From Nanobdellota archaeon (GTDB lineage: Archaea > Nanobdellota > Nanobdellia > Parvarchaeales > Parvarchaeaceae), in NCBI GenBank assembly GCA_021802505.1, contig JAJZXE010000002.1, positions 11,770-75,769 of the forward strand: a stretch of DNA of 64,000 bases. The letters are read 5' to 3'. Positions 1-9,266 of the stretch are shown here, piece after piece; positions within the stretch are counted from its first letter, which is position 1; each line of letters starts with the position of its first letter. The notes beneath the pieces were generated by a model. The model worked only from the letters and a program-made list of their open reading frames with translations. It was not told the origin of the DNA and did not search any database. Made by a program: the position numbers and the translations under genes.

Positions 1-261
1 TTTTTTGGTTTCTTTTACGGCACTGGGGGAATAATCAAAGCCGTATACCTCAAAACCATCCCTTGCCAGTAAAACGGTGTGCCTTCCGACTCCGCACCCC
101 AAATCAAGCACCTTTATAACGTTGTGTTTCCTGAAAAAATCAACAGTTTTTGCGTATTTCCTGGATGGTCTGTTGAGTGTATCCGAATAATAACCTGAAA
201 TAAAATAAGCCCTGTCAAAAACTTTATTTTTTACGCCAGGTCTTTTACTCTCGTCTTTCAT
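1..261 (-). CDS. Class I SAM-dependent methyltransferase. N-terminal 87 aa only; the CDS continues past the window start.
   Basis: Reverse-strand translation from the ATG at 259-261: MKDESKRPGVKNKVF...VLDLGCGVGRHTVLLARDGFEVYGFDYSPSAVKETKK. 'VLDLGCGVGRH' is SAM-MTase motif I and the acidic residue closing strand beta2 is present. No stop codon before position 1. Confidence 0.6.
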   Translation of the reverse strand, partial: MKDESKRPGVKNKVFDRAYFISGYYSDTLNRPSRKYAKTVDFFRKHNVIKVLDLGCGVGRHTVLLARDGFEVYGFDYSPSAVKETKK

Positions 262-317
262 GATATTATTATACAAACATAATTTAAAATTTAAAAGCTA
301 CTAAATAATAATTGTTT

Positions 318-1049
318 ATGGAAGAAATAGACAGTATCATTAAGCATTATGAAGGGAATTGGTATCACCCGTCGGAACAGCAGAAGAAGACCGTGGCTAT
401 GCTGAAAAAGCACGGTAAACCATTAATTAAAGAATTGGGAAGGACCCCGCTGCCGACAGAGTACGGCGGAGTGACATATCTGGTATTCGGGGATTATACC
501 ACCGGAAAAGAGCATGATGCAGTGGTCTTCGGAGATATCCGCCGTAAGAAAAAGACAGTGCCTCTGGTAAGGATACACTCCTCATGCAGGACCAGTGAAT
601 TATTTCATGCGGTGAACTGCGAATGCCGGCAGGAACTGGAACTGGCGATGAAAACCATGGAAAAAGAGAAGGCCGGAATAATCATTTACTTGAATCAGGA
701 AGGGGCAGGGAACGGCACGGCTGCAAAAGCCGCGGCTTACAATAATGTATTTACCTGGAAAAAAGGCAGGATAGTGAGTAAAAAGGACATCTATCAGGGC
801 TACCTAAATCTGGGTTATCCCCTGGAGAACAGGAACTTTGAGGTAGCCGCAGAAATATTGAAGTATCTGGGCTTTACATCCGTAAGGCTAATGACTAACA
901 ATCCAAAGAAGATAAGCGGGTTGGAATCACAGGGTATAACCGTCATACAGAGGGAGATACATGTCAAGCCCCTCAACAGAATTATGAAGAGGCATTTGAA
1001 AGCCAAACAGAAACTTATGAAGCACACTATAACTAAAAAAGATCTATAG
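318..1049 (+). CDS. ribA: GTP cyclohydrolase II (RibA family)
   Basis: 'RIHSSCRTSELFHAVNCECRQ' matches the GCHII zinc-binding C...CxC motif. 'YLNQEGAGNG', 'RNFEVAAEILKYLGF' and 'VRLMTNNPKKISGLESQGI' match conserved RibA blocks. The track start at 312 is TTG; ATG at 318 is preferred. Confidence 0.8.
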   Translation: MEEIDSIIKHYEGNWYHPSEQQKKTVAMLKKHGKPLIKELGRTPLPTEYGGVTYLVFGDYTTGKEHDAVVFGDIRRKKKTVPLVRIHSSCRTSELFHAVNCECRQELELAMKTMEKEKAGIIIYLNQEGAGNGTAAKAAAYNNVFTWKKGRIVSKKDIYQGYLNLGYPLENRNFEVAAEILKYLGFTSVRLMTNNPKKISGLESQGITVIQREIHVKPLNRIMKRHLKAKQKLMKHTITKKDL

Positions 1050-1279
1050 TCCCTGTTAAAAAACTTTTGTCAATATACTGGAATTTATCCAAGGATCGCA
1101 TTATTTTCCAGTTTTATAAACAACAATGCATTACATGAGTACTTTTTCAATAAAATTCACGGTTTATTGCCTGCAGATTGTTTTCAATGTCTTTATATAC
1201 TTAATATGCCTATATATATTATAAGTGTATGGTTAGTTTGTGTTCTTTAACGTTCCAAAATAATTCAGGCATTTAAGTT

Positions 1280-1558
1280 TTGATTATGAAAGTTACGCAT
1301 GTTAAAGGAAAGTTTTCTGTTATAACTCCTAACGGGGAATCGGAGCTGCTTTACATAGACAAAAACAACGGCTTTATCAGGATCTACCGTACATTCACAC
1401 CTGAACGGGACAGGGAGAGTGGTGTTGCAGAACAGCTCACACTAGCTGCGTTTAGTTTCGCCAGAAAAAATAAATTAAAGATAAAGCCGGACTGTCCGTT
1501 TATAGTTACATTCCTGGAGAAGAATAAAAAGTTTGAAAAACAGGCAATAAAAAACTAG
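1280..1558 (+). CDS. Small GNAT-like (YjdJ-type) acetyltransferase domain protein
   Basis: 92 aa. Its size and 'GESELLYIDKNNGFIRIYRTFTPERDRESGVAEQLTLAAFSFARKNKLKIKPDCPF' resemble single-domain GNAT proteins of about 90 aa. Weak call made by eye. Confidence 0.35.
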   Translation: MIMKVTHVKGKFSVITPNGESELLYIDKNNGFIRIYRTFTPERDRESGVAEQLTLAAFSFARKNKLKIKPDCPFIVTFLEKNKKFEKQAIKN

Positions 1559-1603
1559 AAACCGTCAAAAGCCCGTAAAATTTATATAAAAAATTCAGAG
1601 CGC

Positions 1604-2005
1604 TTACCTTGAGTTTTTTCTGAGCTCGTTCAGCATTTCTTCGAATTCTTTCCTTGAGATTTCTCCCTTTGCGTATCTCATCCTTAAAATCTCCTCCGCC
1701 TCACTGTGACTATACAAATCCCAGTTTCCAAGGCGGAAAGTACGTATATAAACCTTAGATCTAAAGGCCCAGCTGAAGACCCATATCAAAAACAGTATTC
1801 CTATCACTATTCCAAATATGCGCCAGAATACATTGGCAAGATATGGGTATGTTCCGAAGGGTATCGTTATTATGGCCACGAGACTGGAGAAAATCGCCGC
1901 TATCATGAATACAAAAAGCAGAAAGATAAAAAATATCCGAAGAGGCGCGCCGAAAAGATCAAACTCTCCGGGATTATTGCTTTTTTGGGATCTTTGGCCT
2001 TTCAT
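1604..2005 (-). CDS. Membrane protein with C-terminal SHOCT domain
   Basis: Two hydrophobic helices, then 'SEAEEILRMRYAKGEISRKEFEEMLNELRK', which matches the SHOCT short C-terminal motif. Confidence 0.55.
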   Translation of the reverse strand: MKGQRSQKSNNPGEFDLFGAPLRIFFIFLLFVFMIAAIFSSLVAIITIPFGTYPYLANVFWRIFGIVIGILFLIWVFSWAFRSKVYIRTFRLGNWDLYSHSEAEEILRMRYAKGEISRKEFEEMLNELRKNSR

Positions 2006-2073
2006 AATAATACAGTGGTTTATGTTGCCGGTAGATATAAAGATTTAAGTAAAGTATTTGATAATACTTTATT

Positions 2074-2598
2074 ATGCCCGCAGAAATTTACAGTTACATG
2101 CAAAAATACGGTAAAGATCTGAAAGAGGTGACTCTCTGCTATCTGGTGGATAAGAATAACAAAAAAGTTCTGGTAGCCATGAAGAAGAGAGGATTTGGAG
2201 TGGGAAAGTTAAACGGAGTGGGCGGAAAGCTTAAAGAGGGGGAAACCATAGAGCAGGCCATGCTGAGAGAGACTAAGGAGGAGATAACTGTCGATTTGAA
2301 AGAATATGAAAAGGCGGCCGTAATTGAATTTTACTTTAGGAACAATCCCGCAGATAAAAACATGAATCAGCGGGCTCACGTGTTTTTAGCCTATGACTGG
2401 GAGGGGGAACCACAGGAAACAGAGGAAATGAATCCATTATGGGTGGAATCAGATAAGATTCCGCTTGATAAGATGTGGGAGGATGACAGGTACTGGTTAC
2501 CTGGTATATTAAAAGGCAGAAAGATCAAAGCCGCATTTTTGTTTGATGAAAACCAGAAAATAACCGAAAGAGTCGTAGAAGAAGTAGATTTACTTTAG
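2074..2598 (+). CDS. Nudix hydrolase (MutT/NUDT1-like)
   Basis: Nudix box 'GKLNGVGGKLKEGETIEQAMLRETKEEI' fits GX5EX7REUXEEXGU. Confidence 0.8.
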   Translation: MPAEIYSYMQKYGKDLKEVTLCYLVDKNNKKVLVAMKKRGFGVGKLNGVGGKLKEGETIEQAMLRETKEEITVDLKEYEKAAVIEFYFRNNPADKNMNQRAHVFLAYDWEGEPQETEEMNPLWVESDKIPLDKMWEDDRYWLPGILKGRKIKAAFLFDENQKITERVVEEVDLL

Positions 2599-2785
2599 TG
2601 CATAAATCGCTGCATTTTAAAAGGTTTTAATGATTAACTGCAGAATCGTTCGGCGGTTGAACGGCAAATCCCATTATTTTCGGCAAACTAGCCGGAAACA
2701 CCTTTGTCTGTGCTTTTTTCATTCTTGATTTTAATGAATTTTGACGTGGAAAAGCTTTAATACCGGTTTAAATCATAGACCTTCA

Positions 2786-3514
2786 ATGAACAGGCATACT
2801 ATCAGAAGAACACTGGAGAATGTTTTGATTGCTTTATCCGATGACAACAGAAGCCTGATAAATCAGAGGCCTTACGAAGATTTGCCACCTTTGGATATAG
2901 AGGATGTAAACAGGATATATTCCGCAGTAGCATCCGTCTTTGGGGCAGATAATGTGCTTATATTCGGCGGAGCCGCGCTGCAAAGATACTGCCAGCACAA
3001 ACCGAAGGATGTAGACCTGATAGTTAACGGCGACATAGCTGCAAACATCGAAAACTTAAGCAGCAGGGGTTTTACCGGTGTAAATGAAAAAACGCTTAAA
3101 GTATTTTTTAATTCCAAGGTATATGAATCAGGGTACCCTATAAACGGCAATAAGATTAAAGTCGAGTATTACTCTCCCGAGGGATTATTGGGCAAAAATG
3201 ACGATTTTAGAGATGTGATGAAAATATCAAAGGAAAGCGATTACCGCGGTCTAAAGATACACTATGCGGATCCTTATACGTTAAGCATGCTCAAGTACAG
3301 AGCGTGGAAAAACCGGCTTGCAAACGGCAGGGCGGATAAGGATCTGATAGACTTGGAAAAGGCGGGAATATTCTACAATAAAACCAATGATCCGCAATAT
3401 CAAAAATTATTGGGGGCTTATACCCCTGGCATGTTTTCACGGTTAAAATCCATATTCAGCGAGACGGTTCATATTCTGCATCAGAACTACCTACGGCAGA
3501 AGCAGCGGGTTTGA
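2786..3514 (+). CDS. Putative nucleotidyltransferase-fold (Pol-beta superfamily) protein
   Basis: 'IFGGAALQRYCQHKPKDVDLIV' fits the NTase signature hGG-x12-DxD. The track start at 2741 is TTG; ATG at 2786 ('MNRHTIRR') is preferred. No other homology recognised. Confidence 0.4.
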   Translation: MNRHTIRRTLENVLIALSDDNRSLINQRPYEDLPPLDIEDVNRIYSAVASVFGADNVLIFGGAALQRYCQHKPKDVDLIVNGDIAANIENLSSRGFTGVNEKTLKVFFNSKVYESGYPINGNKIKVEYYSPEGLLGKNDDFRDVMKISKESDYRGLKIHYADPYTLSMLKYRAWKNRLANGRADKDLIDLEKAGIFYNKTNDPQYQKLLGAYTPGMFSRLKSIFSETVHILHQNYLRQKQRV

Positions 3515-3553
3515 TTGCAAATCGTTTATAAATAATTATGTTCTGGTAATTAA

Positions 3554-4078
3554 ATGCCCAGCGGTAAAAACCTTGAGGATATCATAGACAGTAAGCATGT
3601 TCAAAAAAAGGAAAAAGCCGGTTATAGTCTAAAAGACAGGGTAAAGAGATACTACACGGAGAATATCGGAAAATTCAGGCAGTATATTGCGCCATTAGCA
3701 GCGATTTCCATAGGGGTTGCAAACTGGAGCAAGGATTTTGCGGCTTCAAAAACAGTCAATCTTCCTTTAATCTATGAAAACACCCGAGTAAGCGGCACGA
3801 TGTGGTACCTGGAGGCTTTCCTGCAGGAGCTTGCCACTATGAGTATATTAGTCGCAACTGCAAAGGAGAAGAAAAAGATAGGGCTTTATGCTCTGGCTTA
3901 TGAAGCGGGAAGCATCATTAATTATTGTTTTTACAGTATGGCTATGAACGGCATTTATGCGAATTATTACGGCAGGATATGGAACGACATATTTTACTTT
4001 TTCCAGATACCGGTGTTTCTGCTTTCATTAAGGCACTATTACGGTGCAAAAAAGCGGGAAAAAAGGAAGCCGGTATAA
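3554..4078 (+). CDS. Hypothetical protein
   Basis: 174-aa ORF with a basic C-terminus. It lies 39 bp downstream of, and on the same strand as, the NTase-fold gene. No motif recognised. Confidence 0.3.
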   Translation: MPSGKNLEDIIDSKHVQKKEKAGYSLKDRVKRYYTENIGKFRQYIAPLAAISIGVANWSKDFAASKTVNLPLIYENTRVSGTMWYLEAFLQELATMSILVATAKEKKKIGLYALAYEAGSIINYCFYSMAMNGIYANYYGRIWNDIFYFFQIPVFLLSLRHYYGAKKREKRKPV

Positions 4079-4097
4079 AATGATGCTCTTTTGCAGG

Positions 4098-4748
4098 TTA
4101 ATTTAGATTGACTATGAATTCTCCGAGAACACCGGAGCCTATCCCGAGTGAATGATTCGGGCATTTAAGCATGATTCTGTTACCTAGGTAGTATTCGCCG
4201 GCATCAACCGTGATTGAATGCTTCTGTCCGCATAGCCTGCACCTTTCTACTGTAACGGTTATGTTCTTAAACTGAAACAGCTGGTTCAATGCATCGGTTA
4301 CATGCTTTATAGCTTCCAGGGCATGGAAGTCTTCAACCAGAGTGTCTTCATGCGTATAATTCCGAAGTGATTTAAGATACTGGAGGATTTCCTTGTCTTT
4401 TACCGGATTTTCACTGCAGTTTATTAGATCAAAGAGCCTCGCATACTCTAATTTGACCCTTTTGTCGGTGTTCTTTCCGTCTCTGTAGCTTATCTCCCTG
4501 ATCCCTTTTTTTGACATGTACTCTTTCAATCCCCGTTCTAAGCATCTCACCGCCAATGACAGTGCGGCATCTGGGCAGCCGTAAAGAAAAGAATGTATGG
4601 CTTCGGAATACAAACTCTTGAATTCTTTTTTAATGCCTATAAAATCATACGGGTATATAACTCTTGTCTGGATGAGCATGTTTAGTCTGCTGTTGTAATT
4701 GTCTATGTTCACCAGATTCGGCACCGAAGGAAAGGATATCTCTTCCAT
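4098..4748 (-). CDS. Hypothetical protein with C-terminal Cys/His cluster
   Basis: 216 aa. C-terminal 'CRLCGQKHSITVDAGEYYLGNRIMLKCPNH' looks like a Zn-ribbon. Nothing else recognised. Confidence 0.35.
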   Translation of the reverse strand: MEEISFPSVPNLVNIDNYNSRLNMLIQTRVIYPYDFIGIKKEFKSLYSEAIHSFLYGCPDAALSLAVRCLERGLKEYMSKKGIREISYRDGKNTDKRVKLEYARLFDLINCSENPVKDKEILQYLKSLRNYTHEDTLVEDFHALEAIKHVTDALNQLFQFKNITVTVERCRLCGQKHSITVDAGEYYLGNRIMLKCPNHSLGIGSGVLGEFIVNLN

Positions 4749-4793
4749 TTATCATATTGGTCAGTCCTGTATATTAACTGTTCTCCAGCGGTT

Positions 4794-6149
4794 TCAGCCG
4801 CATTTTATAGTCCTTTGGATGTATAACGTTGAAAGGTTAAACTCATTTTCCGTTTGTGAGGGAAAATCCGCGCCGAATTCAAAACATACAGTAGAATTTT
4901 GGATGTACATGCTCATTGCAGCGGAATAAAAAGGGATGCGGGTGAGATTGAAGAGCTTTTCACTGTCATACACAACTTCTATCCCGACATGATTTGACAT
5001 ATTGATCAGTAGAAGCTGGGACGGAAGGTATCTGCCGACGGTTTTATTATAGGTTGCATTCAACAGCATATATTTAGTTATGTTAATCGGAAAACTAGAA
5101 TTTACAGTGGTTATGTTGAATTTTTTAAGGTATGTTCCCAATTGTGAAGGGGACAGATGGAATATGCTGATATTGCTGGAGGAGTTCAGATGTTCTTTTC
5201 CGGTTATTATAAAGTAGAACTGGTTCAGCTGCGGAAAGTAGCTTTCGAGGTATTTTCTTGCGTTTTCAGAGCTGTTCTGCTCCAGATATTTCGTTATGTT
5301 TATAGATTTTAAGTCGGAGGCAAATTCAGGTGAATTGCCGATTGCAGAGACTAGAAATGAGTTCGGTATCAAAAGATTCAGGCTGGTATTGTCAAGTATC
5401 TTACTTATGTTTTGTGTGCTCATGTTCGAGGAATTACTCAGAGAAAGCAATGAACTCGCGGAGGATAAGATCCCGTTCAGGTTGATATTGATAAGGTAAT
5501 TCGGATAGCTGTAGTTTAAGACTGCAGAACGGAATGTGCTGTGGCCGAAAGAACCGGTGAAAACCGAAAAGATGGACTGCGTCCCGACGCTGGAGAGAGA
5601 AACTGATTGGACGGGAAACAAAGTGTACAGGACTGCAAACAGGATAAATATAAAAAAGCCCGCGGCGAGGAAGGAGCCGACACCCGGTAAGACTTCATCC
5701 AACCCGCCGGTCATATCTTTCCAGCCGATTAAAACGGAAACTATAACGCCGATGTAAAGCAAGACAATGATATAAAAAACGTATCCTATTATCGTCAGGT
5801 TTAACGATATCAGTGCAAGGAAAAGTCCTGCAAGGGAAGAAGTGGCAAGCAGTATCGCCAGTATACCTCCTTTTTTCTCATTATGTTTAAGCCATTTGCC
5901 GCTTGTGTGGAATAATCTGCTTACAACGATCAGTGAAATCCCGGATATCATGCCAAACGCCGATAAGAAAGCTACATCCGACGGCAATAAAACGGAAGAT
6001 ACGGCTTTTGGCAGGAATGCATCGATCACATTGACCCCCAGGAAGATAAGCAGCCCTATGAAAAACAGAATCAGCCCGGCTGCAAGGGACAAAAAACCGA
6101 TTATAGATAAAATAAGACGGGCCGAACCCGCATTCGAACCTGTATCCAT
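4794..6149 (-). CDS. Polytopic membrane protein with large N-glycosylation-rich extracellular domain
   Basis: About 6 N-terminal TM helices, then a roughly 250-aa C-terminal domain dense in NxS/T sequons (NYS, NSS, NMS, NIS, NTS, NIT, NAT and others). Confidence 0.5.
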   Translation of the reverse strand: MDTGSNAGSARLILSIIGFLSLAAGLILFFIGLLIFLGVNVIDAFLPKAVSSVLLPSDVAFLSAFGMISGISLIVVSRLFHTSGKWLKHNEKKGGILAILLATSSLAGLFLALISLNLTIIGYVFYIIVLLYIGVIVSVLIGWKDMTGGLDEVLPGVGSFLAAGFFIFILFAVLYTLFPVQSVSLSSVGTQSIFSVFTGSFGHSTFRSAVLNYSYPNYLININLNGILSSASSLLSLSNSSNMSTQNISKILDNTSLNLLIPNSFLVSAIGNSPEFASDLKSINITKYLEQNSSENARKYLESYFPQLNQFYFIITGKEHLNSSSNISIFHLSPSQLGTYLKKFNITTVNSSFPINITKYMLLNATYNKTVGRYLPSQLLLINMSNHVGIEVVYDSEKLFNLTRIPFYSAAMSMYIQNSTVCFEFGADFPSQTENEFNLSTLYIQRTIKCG

Positions 6150-6172
6150 AAAATTATATGTTCTGATTAATA

Positions 6173-6682
6173 TTAATAGCCTGAGATGAGCCGTTTTATC
6201 TCTTTTTGAAGGTAATCATCGCTGTCCAATGCATCTAATCCTTTTATCAGCCTGAGAGCATTGATCTTTTGCAATGCCTCTTTCTCTAGATTTGAATGCA
6301 ATTTTTTATGTTTTCTTCTGCGGTAATCTTTGCTGCTTTCGATTAGATCTCCTCTTTCTATGTGCAGCAGTTCATGCATGATTACGCTTTTAACCAGTTC
6401 TTCTCTTAAATCGGTGTCAGTAACTCTGAGAAAAATGCTGCTTATCCGTATATAGAACTCCTTTTTTACGATTTTTCTGCTTATCTTTGTTGCTTTTCTG
6501 CGTCTGAAAAGGCCGCGGGCTCTGCTTGTTTTTGTTATTTGCAGGTCGGCGTTGACCCTTCCGAGTACGTTTCTTGGAAGATCCGAATAATTTATGCGGA
6601 TGTAGGCGCCCCTGAACGGCTTGAATACCTTCAGACAGTCCTTAAGGAACAATAGGCACTCGTCTTCTCCGCTTATTTCCAT
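6173..6682 (-). CDS. HEXXH zinc metallopeptidase-like protein (DUF45/SprT/WLM-like)
   Basis: 'VIMHELLHIERGD' is a HExxH motif, followed by a downstream His/Glu-rich segment. Basic N-terminal half. 169 aa. Confidence 0.5.
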   Translation of the reverse strand: MEISGEDECLLFLKDCLKVFKPFRGAYIRINYSDLPRNVLGRVNADLQITKTSRARGLFRRRKATKISRKIVKKEFYIRISSIFLRVTDTDLREELVKSVIMHELLHIERGDLIESSKDYRRRKHKKLHSNLEKEALQKINALRLIKGLDALDSDDYLQKEIKRLISGY

Positions 6683-6692
6683 CCAAAATCAG

Positions 6693-7067
6693 CTATGAAT
6701 ACTTACTATTTTCCGAATTTCCGGCATTTATCCTGCTCTTAAATTCTAGAAACTCGCTGCGAAACCCACTCATTTTGCAGGTAGGGTAATAAACAATAGC
6801 GGATCCCGCTATTTTTGTTTCCACATAGTCTTTGTCGATCAGGGATTTTAATCCGAAACTTATTGAATTTGGACTGATGTCACGGCCATATAAATTGCTG
6901 CATTCCTTTTTTATCCGGTACCAGTCAATGCCCTCTTTGCCTTCGGTCTTTGCCGTGTACAAAGTATACGCGATGATATAGCTGACAGCAGTCCGGCCGA
7001 GTTCTTTATTCTTAACCACAAACCCACGTATTATTGATTCCAAATCCGAATTTTTATCGAGCGCCAT
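6693..7067 (-). CDS. Putative winged-helix DNA-binding protein
   Basis: 124 aa. 'GRTAVSYIIAYTLYTAKTEGKEGIDWYRIKKECSNLYGRDISPNSISFGLKSLIDKDYVE' resembles a wHTH of PadR/MarR/TrmB type. It lies 10 bp upstream of the HEXXH gene on the same strand. Confidence 0.35.
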   Translation of the reverse strand: MALDKNSDLESIIRGFVVKNKELGRTAVSYIIAYTLYTAKTEGKEGIDWYRIKKECSNLYGRDISPNSISFGLKSLIDKDYVETKIAGSAIVYYPTCKMSGFRSEFLEFKSRINAGNSENSKYS

Positions 7068-7156
7068 ACAGTTAATGTACTCGCTGCAAACTTAAATATT
7101 AAGTGAATTAAACGATTGAAGAAAGGATATTTAAGTTATAATTATTAATATATCAA

Positions 7157-7945
7157 ATGGAAAGCGATTCGAACATATTTAAGATCTTTGATTTGAACGG
7201 GAAAACCGCGATAGTGACCGGGGCTTCCAGCGGTCTGGGAATCAGTTTTACCGAGGCCCTTGCGGAAGCGGGCGCGGATGTCGTTATCTGTGCAAGGAGA
7301 GAGGACAAACTCATAGAAAATGCCAACAGGATAAGCGGATACACTAAAAGAAAGATAATCCCGGTTAAGGCGGACCTTAGAAATGAGACTGATATTTTAA
7401 ACGTGGTAAACATAGCAGAGGAGAAATTCGGCAAAATAAATATACTGGTGAACAACGCTGGGTCAGCCATTGCCGGTTCATCCCTAGACCTTAAGAAAGA
7501 AGACTGGCAAAAGGTCCTCGATGTCGATATTTCCGCGGTTTTTCTCCTTTCAAAATACGTTATATCCAGCATGATAAAAAACAATGCAAGCGGAAGCATA
7601 ATAAATATAGCATCGATATACGGTTTGTTCGGAGATATCATACCCGCTGCGCCATATTATGCCAGCAAAGGCGCCGTGGTAAATCTGACGCGTGCGATGG
7701 CGGTTGAATTTGCAAATAAAAAAATACGCATAAATGCCATTGCTCCCGGCTTTTTTCCGAGTGAGATGACCGGAAGCCTGCTGTCAGATGAAGCGGTTCT
7801 TGAGCACATCACTCAGAGAACTCCATTCGGAAGAATAGGAAACCCGAATGAACTTAAGGGCGCCGCTGTCTTCCTGGCTTCGGACGCATCCTCCTATATC
7901 ACCGGGCACATACTCCCGGTAGACGGCGGGTGGAGCGCCGTTTGA
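7157..7945 (+). CDS. Short-chain dehydrogenase/reductase (SDR) family oxidoreductase
   Basis: 'GKTAIVTGASSGLG' Rossmann motif, 'NNAG', 'SIYG', and a 'YYASKGAV' catalytic YxxxK. Confidence 0.9.
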   Translation: MESDSNIFKIFDLNGKTAIVTGASSGLGISFTEALAEAGADVVICARREDKLIENANRISGYTKRKIIPVKADLRNETDILNVVNIAEEKFGKINILVNNAGSAIAGSSLDLKKEDWQKVLDVDISAVFLLSKYVISSMIKNNASGSIINIASIYGLFGDIIPAAPYYASKGAVVNLTRAMAVEFANKKIRINAIAPGFFPSEMTGSLLSDEAVLEHITQRTPFGRIGNPNELKGAAVFLASDASSYITGHILPVDGGWSAV

Positions 7946-8024
7946 TAATTTTTATCTGTAATAAAACAGAAAATAAAAATTCCCGGCGGTATACTCTTCC
8001 GTAAATAAGATTTTTATGGGCTGA

Positions 8025-9131
8025 TTAAGTGAAATCATTTGCCGTTAAATTATTTAAGAACTTATTCAGCGAAGCGTTAACTTCGGTTAAATAACCGGTT
8101 TTGCTCGCCAAAATCGATACCTCATAGAGGGTGCTGTTTGTTACGCCTAAAACCGTTATTACCTTCGATTGATTAACGGTATTAAGTTTAGGTGAAAATT
8201 TTATTTCAGAGCCAAAGGATGATTCGTTTGCTATGGTGTAATTTGTCTCTGCGTTTACTATTACTCCGTAGGATGTGGAATTGCATCTTTCCTCAGGAAA
8301 ACTCAGCACGAATTCACCGTTGGGTTTTACCGCATTTGAAGACGCTTTGAATATAGAACCGTTGCCGGTCATATTAACGGCGGAAGCATGTGCGGCGGTT
8401 ACATCCAGGGTTTCGTTCATCGTGTTGTTAAGTATGAGATGAAAACCTGAGCTATTGCAGTTATAACCGGAGAGATTGAACGTTCCTCTCGCCAGGGAAA
8501 ACGATGCATTTCGAGGAGGTGTAGTGTTCAGTATTGACTCTATTGCCTGCATTCCTCCAAATGAGATATTGTATATTTTGGCGGGAGAACCTGAAAATCC
8601 GTGGTAGTAGTATCCGAGCGTTTCATTGTTTTTAAGCGTCGCAAATAAGATGAGCAGCCCCGGCGTATCCGCCGGATATGTGCCGTTTTCAAACGCTTTT
8701 TCGGATTGACCCGCTCCAAAGACGGAATAATGTTCAAAATTAGCCGAATGTATATCTTTGCTGGCGGAAGCGAAAGCGGAAAAATTTATCTCGTTCAATG
8801 CTGGGAAGTATTCCGACATCAGTGAAACCAGAGCGGAGTTTGCATAACCCGCGGTGGAATTAACGGTGCTATTGCTAGTCGTTTTGACCACTGCCTTATT
8901 AAGTCCTAGGGTGTTTCTTACCAGGCCCCTCACTCCTAAAATATTGTAATGGTACAGTATGTAAGCAATTATAAGAAGCAATATTATTACTGCGGCGGCA
9001 ATCAGCAAGCGTTTATTTATTTTCAGATTCTCCGGATTATCAACGGGCTTATTCTTTAGATTATCTTCCGCGGACAGATTATTTTCTTTAGCAGCATCAG
9101 GTTTACCGCTCTTTTCGGCATCAGAATCCAT
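8025..9131 (-). CDS. Membrane-anchored N-glycosylated surface protein
   Basis: Charged N-terminus and a single TM ('LLIAAAVIILLLIIAYILY'), then a roughly 300-aa domain with more than 20 NxS/T sequons. Confidence 0.5.
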   Translation of the reverse strand: MDSDAEKSGKPDAAKENNLSAEDNLKNKPVDNPENLKINKRLLIAAAVIILLLIIAYILYHYNILGVRGLVRNTLGLNKAVVKTTSNSTVNSTAGYANSALVSLMSEYFPALNEINFSAFASASKDIHSANFEHYSVFGAGQSEKAFENGTYPADTPGLLILFATLKNNETLGYYYHGFSGSPAKIYNISFGGMQAIESILNTTPPRNASFSLARGTFNLSGYNCNSSGFHLILNNTMNETLDVTAAHASAVNMTGNGSIFKASSNAVKPNGEFVLSFPEERCNSTSYGVIVNAETNYTIANESSFGSEIKFSPKLNTVNQSKVITVLGVTNSTLYEVSILASKTGYLTEVNASLNKFLNNLTANDFT

Positions 9132-9266
9132 TTTTATATTAAATTTCGTTGATATTTAAACTTTAAAAGACTGTATAAACCGGTTTAGATGTGCACAGCA
9201 AAGTACAATAGTTTGCCGGGTTATGCATAGTATTATTAATTCTATAGCCTTAGATATAATAATGAT

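Noticed and set aside
815-1027. Short antisense ORFs within confidently assigned genes (815-1027, 2872-3150, 9324-9587, 10513-10776, 13023-13901, 23405-24740, 25388-26497, 30840-31843, 37414-38265, 40002-41662, 48575-49030 and others)
   Set aside because: Each is embedded in, or opposite to, a gene with recognisable family motifs. They show composition typical of shadow ORFs.
1706-2122. ORFs 1706-2122 and 1818-2048 (+) overlapping the SHOCT membrane protein gene
   Set aside because: They are antisense to a better-supported ORF with clear TM and SHOCT features. Their translations are Lys/Tyr-rich low-complexity.
6118-6150. tRNA-like 'ggttcgaat' T-loop-like string near 6125-6140 (and 'gattcgaac' at about 7166)
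   Set aside because: Both lie inside coding sequence (the start of 4794-6149 and the start of the SDR gene). Neither has complementary T-stem or acceptor-stem arms. No tRNA could be supported by eye anywhere in the window.
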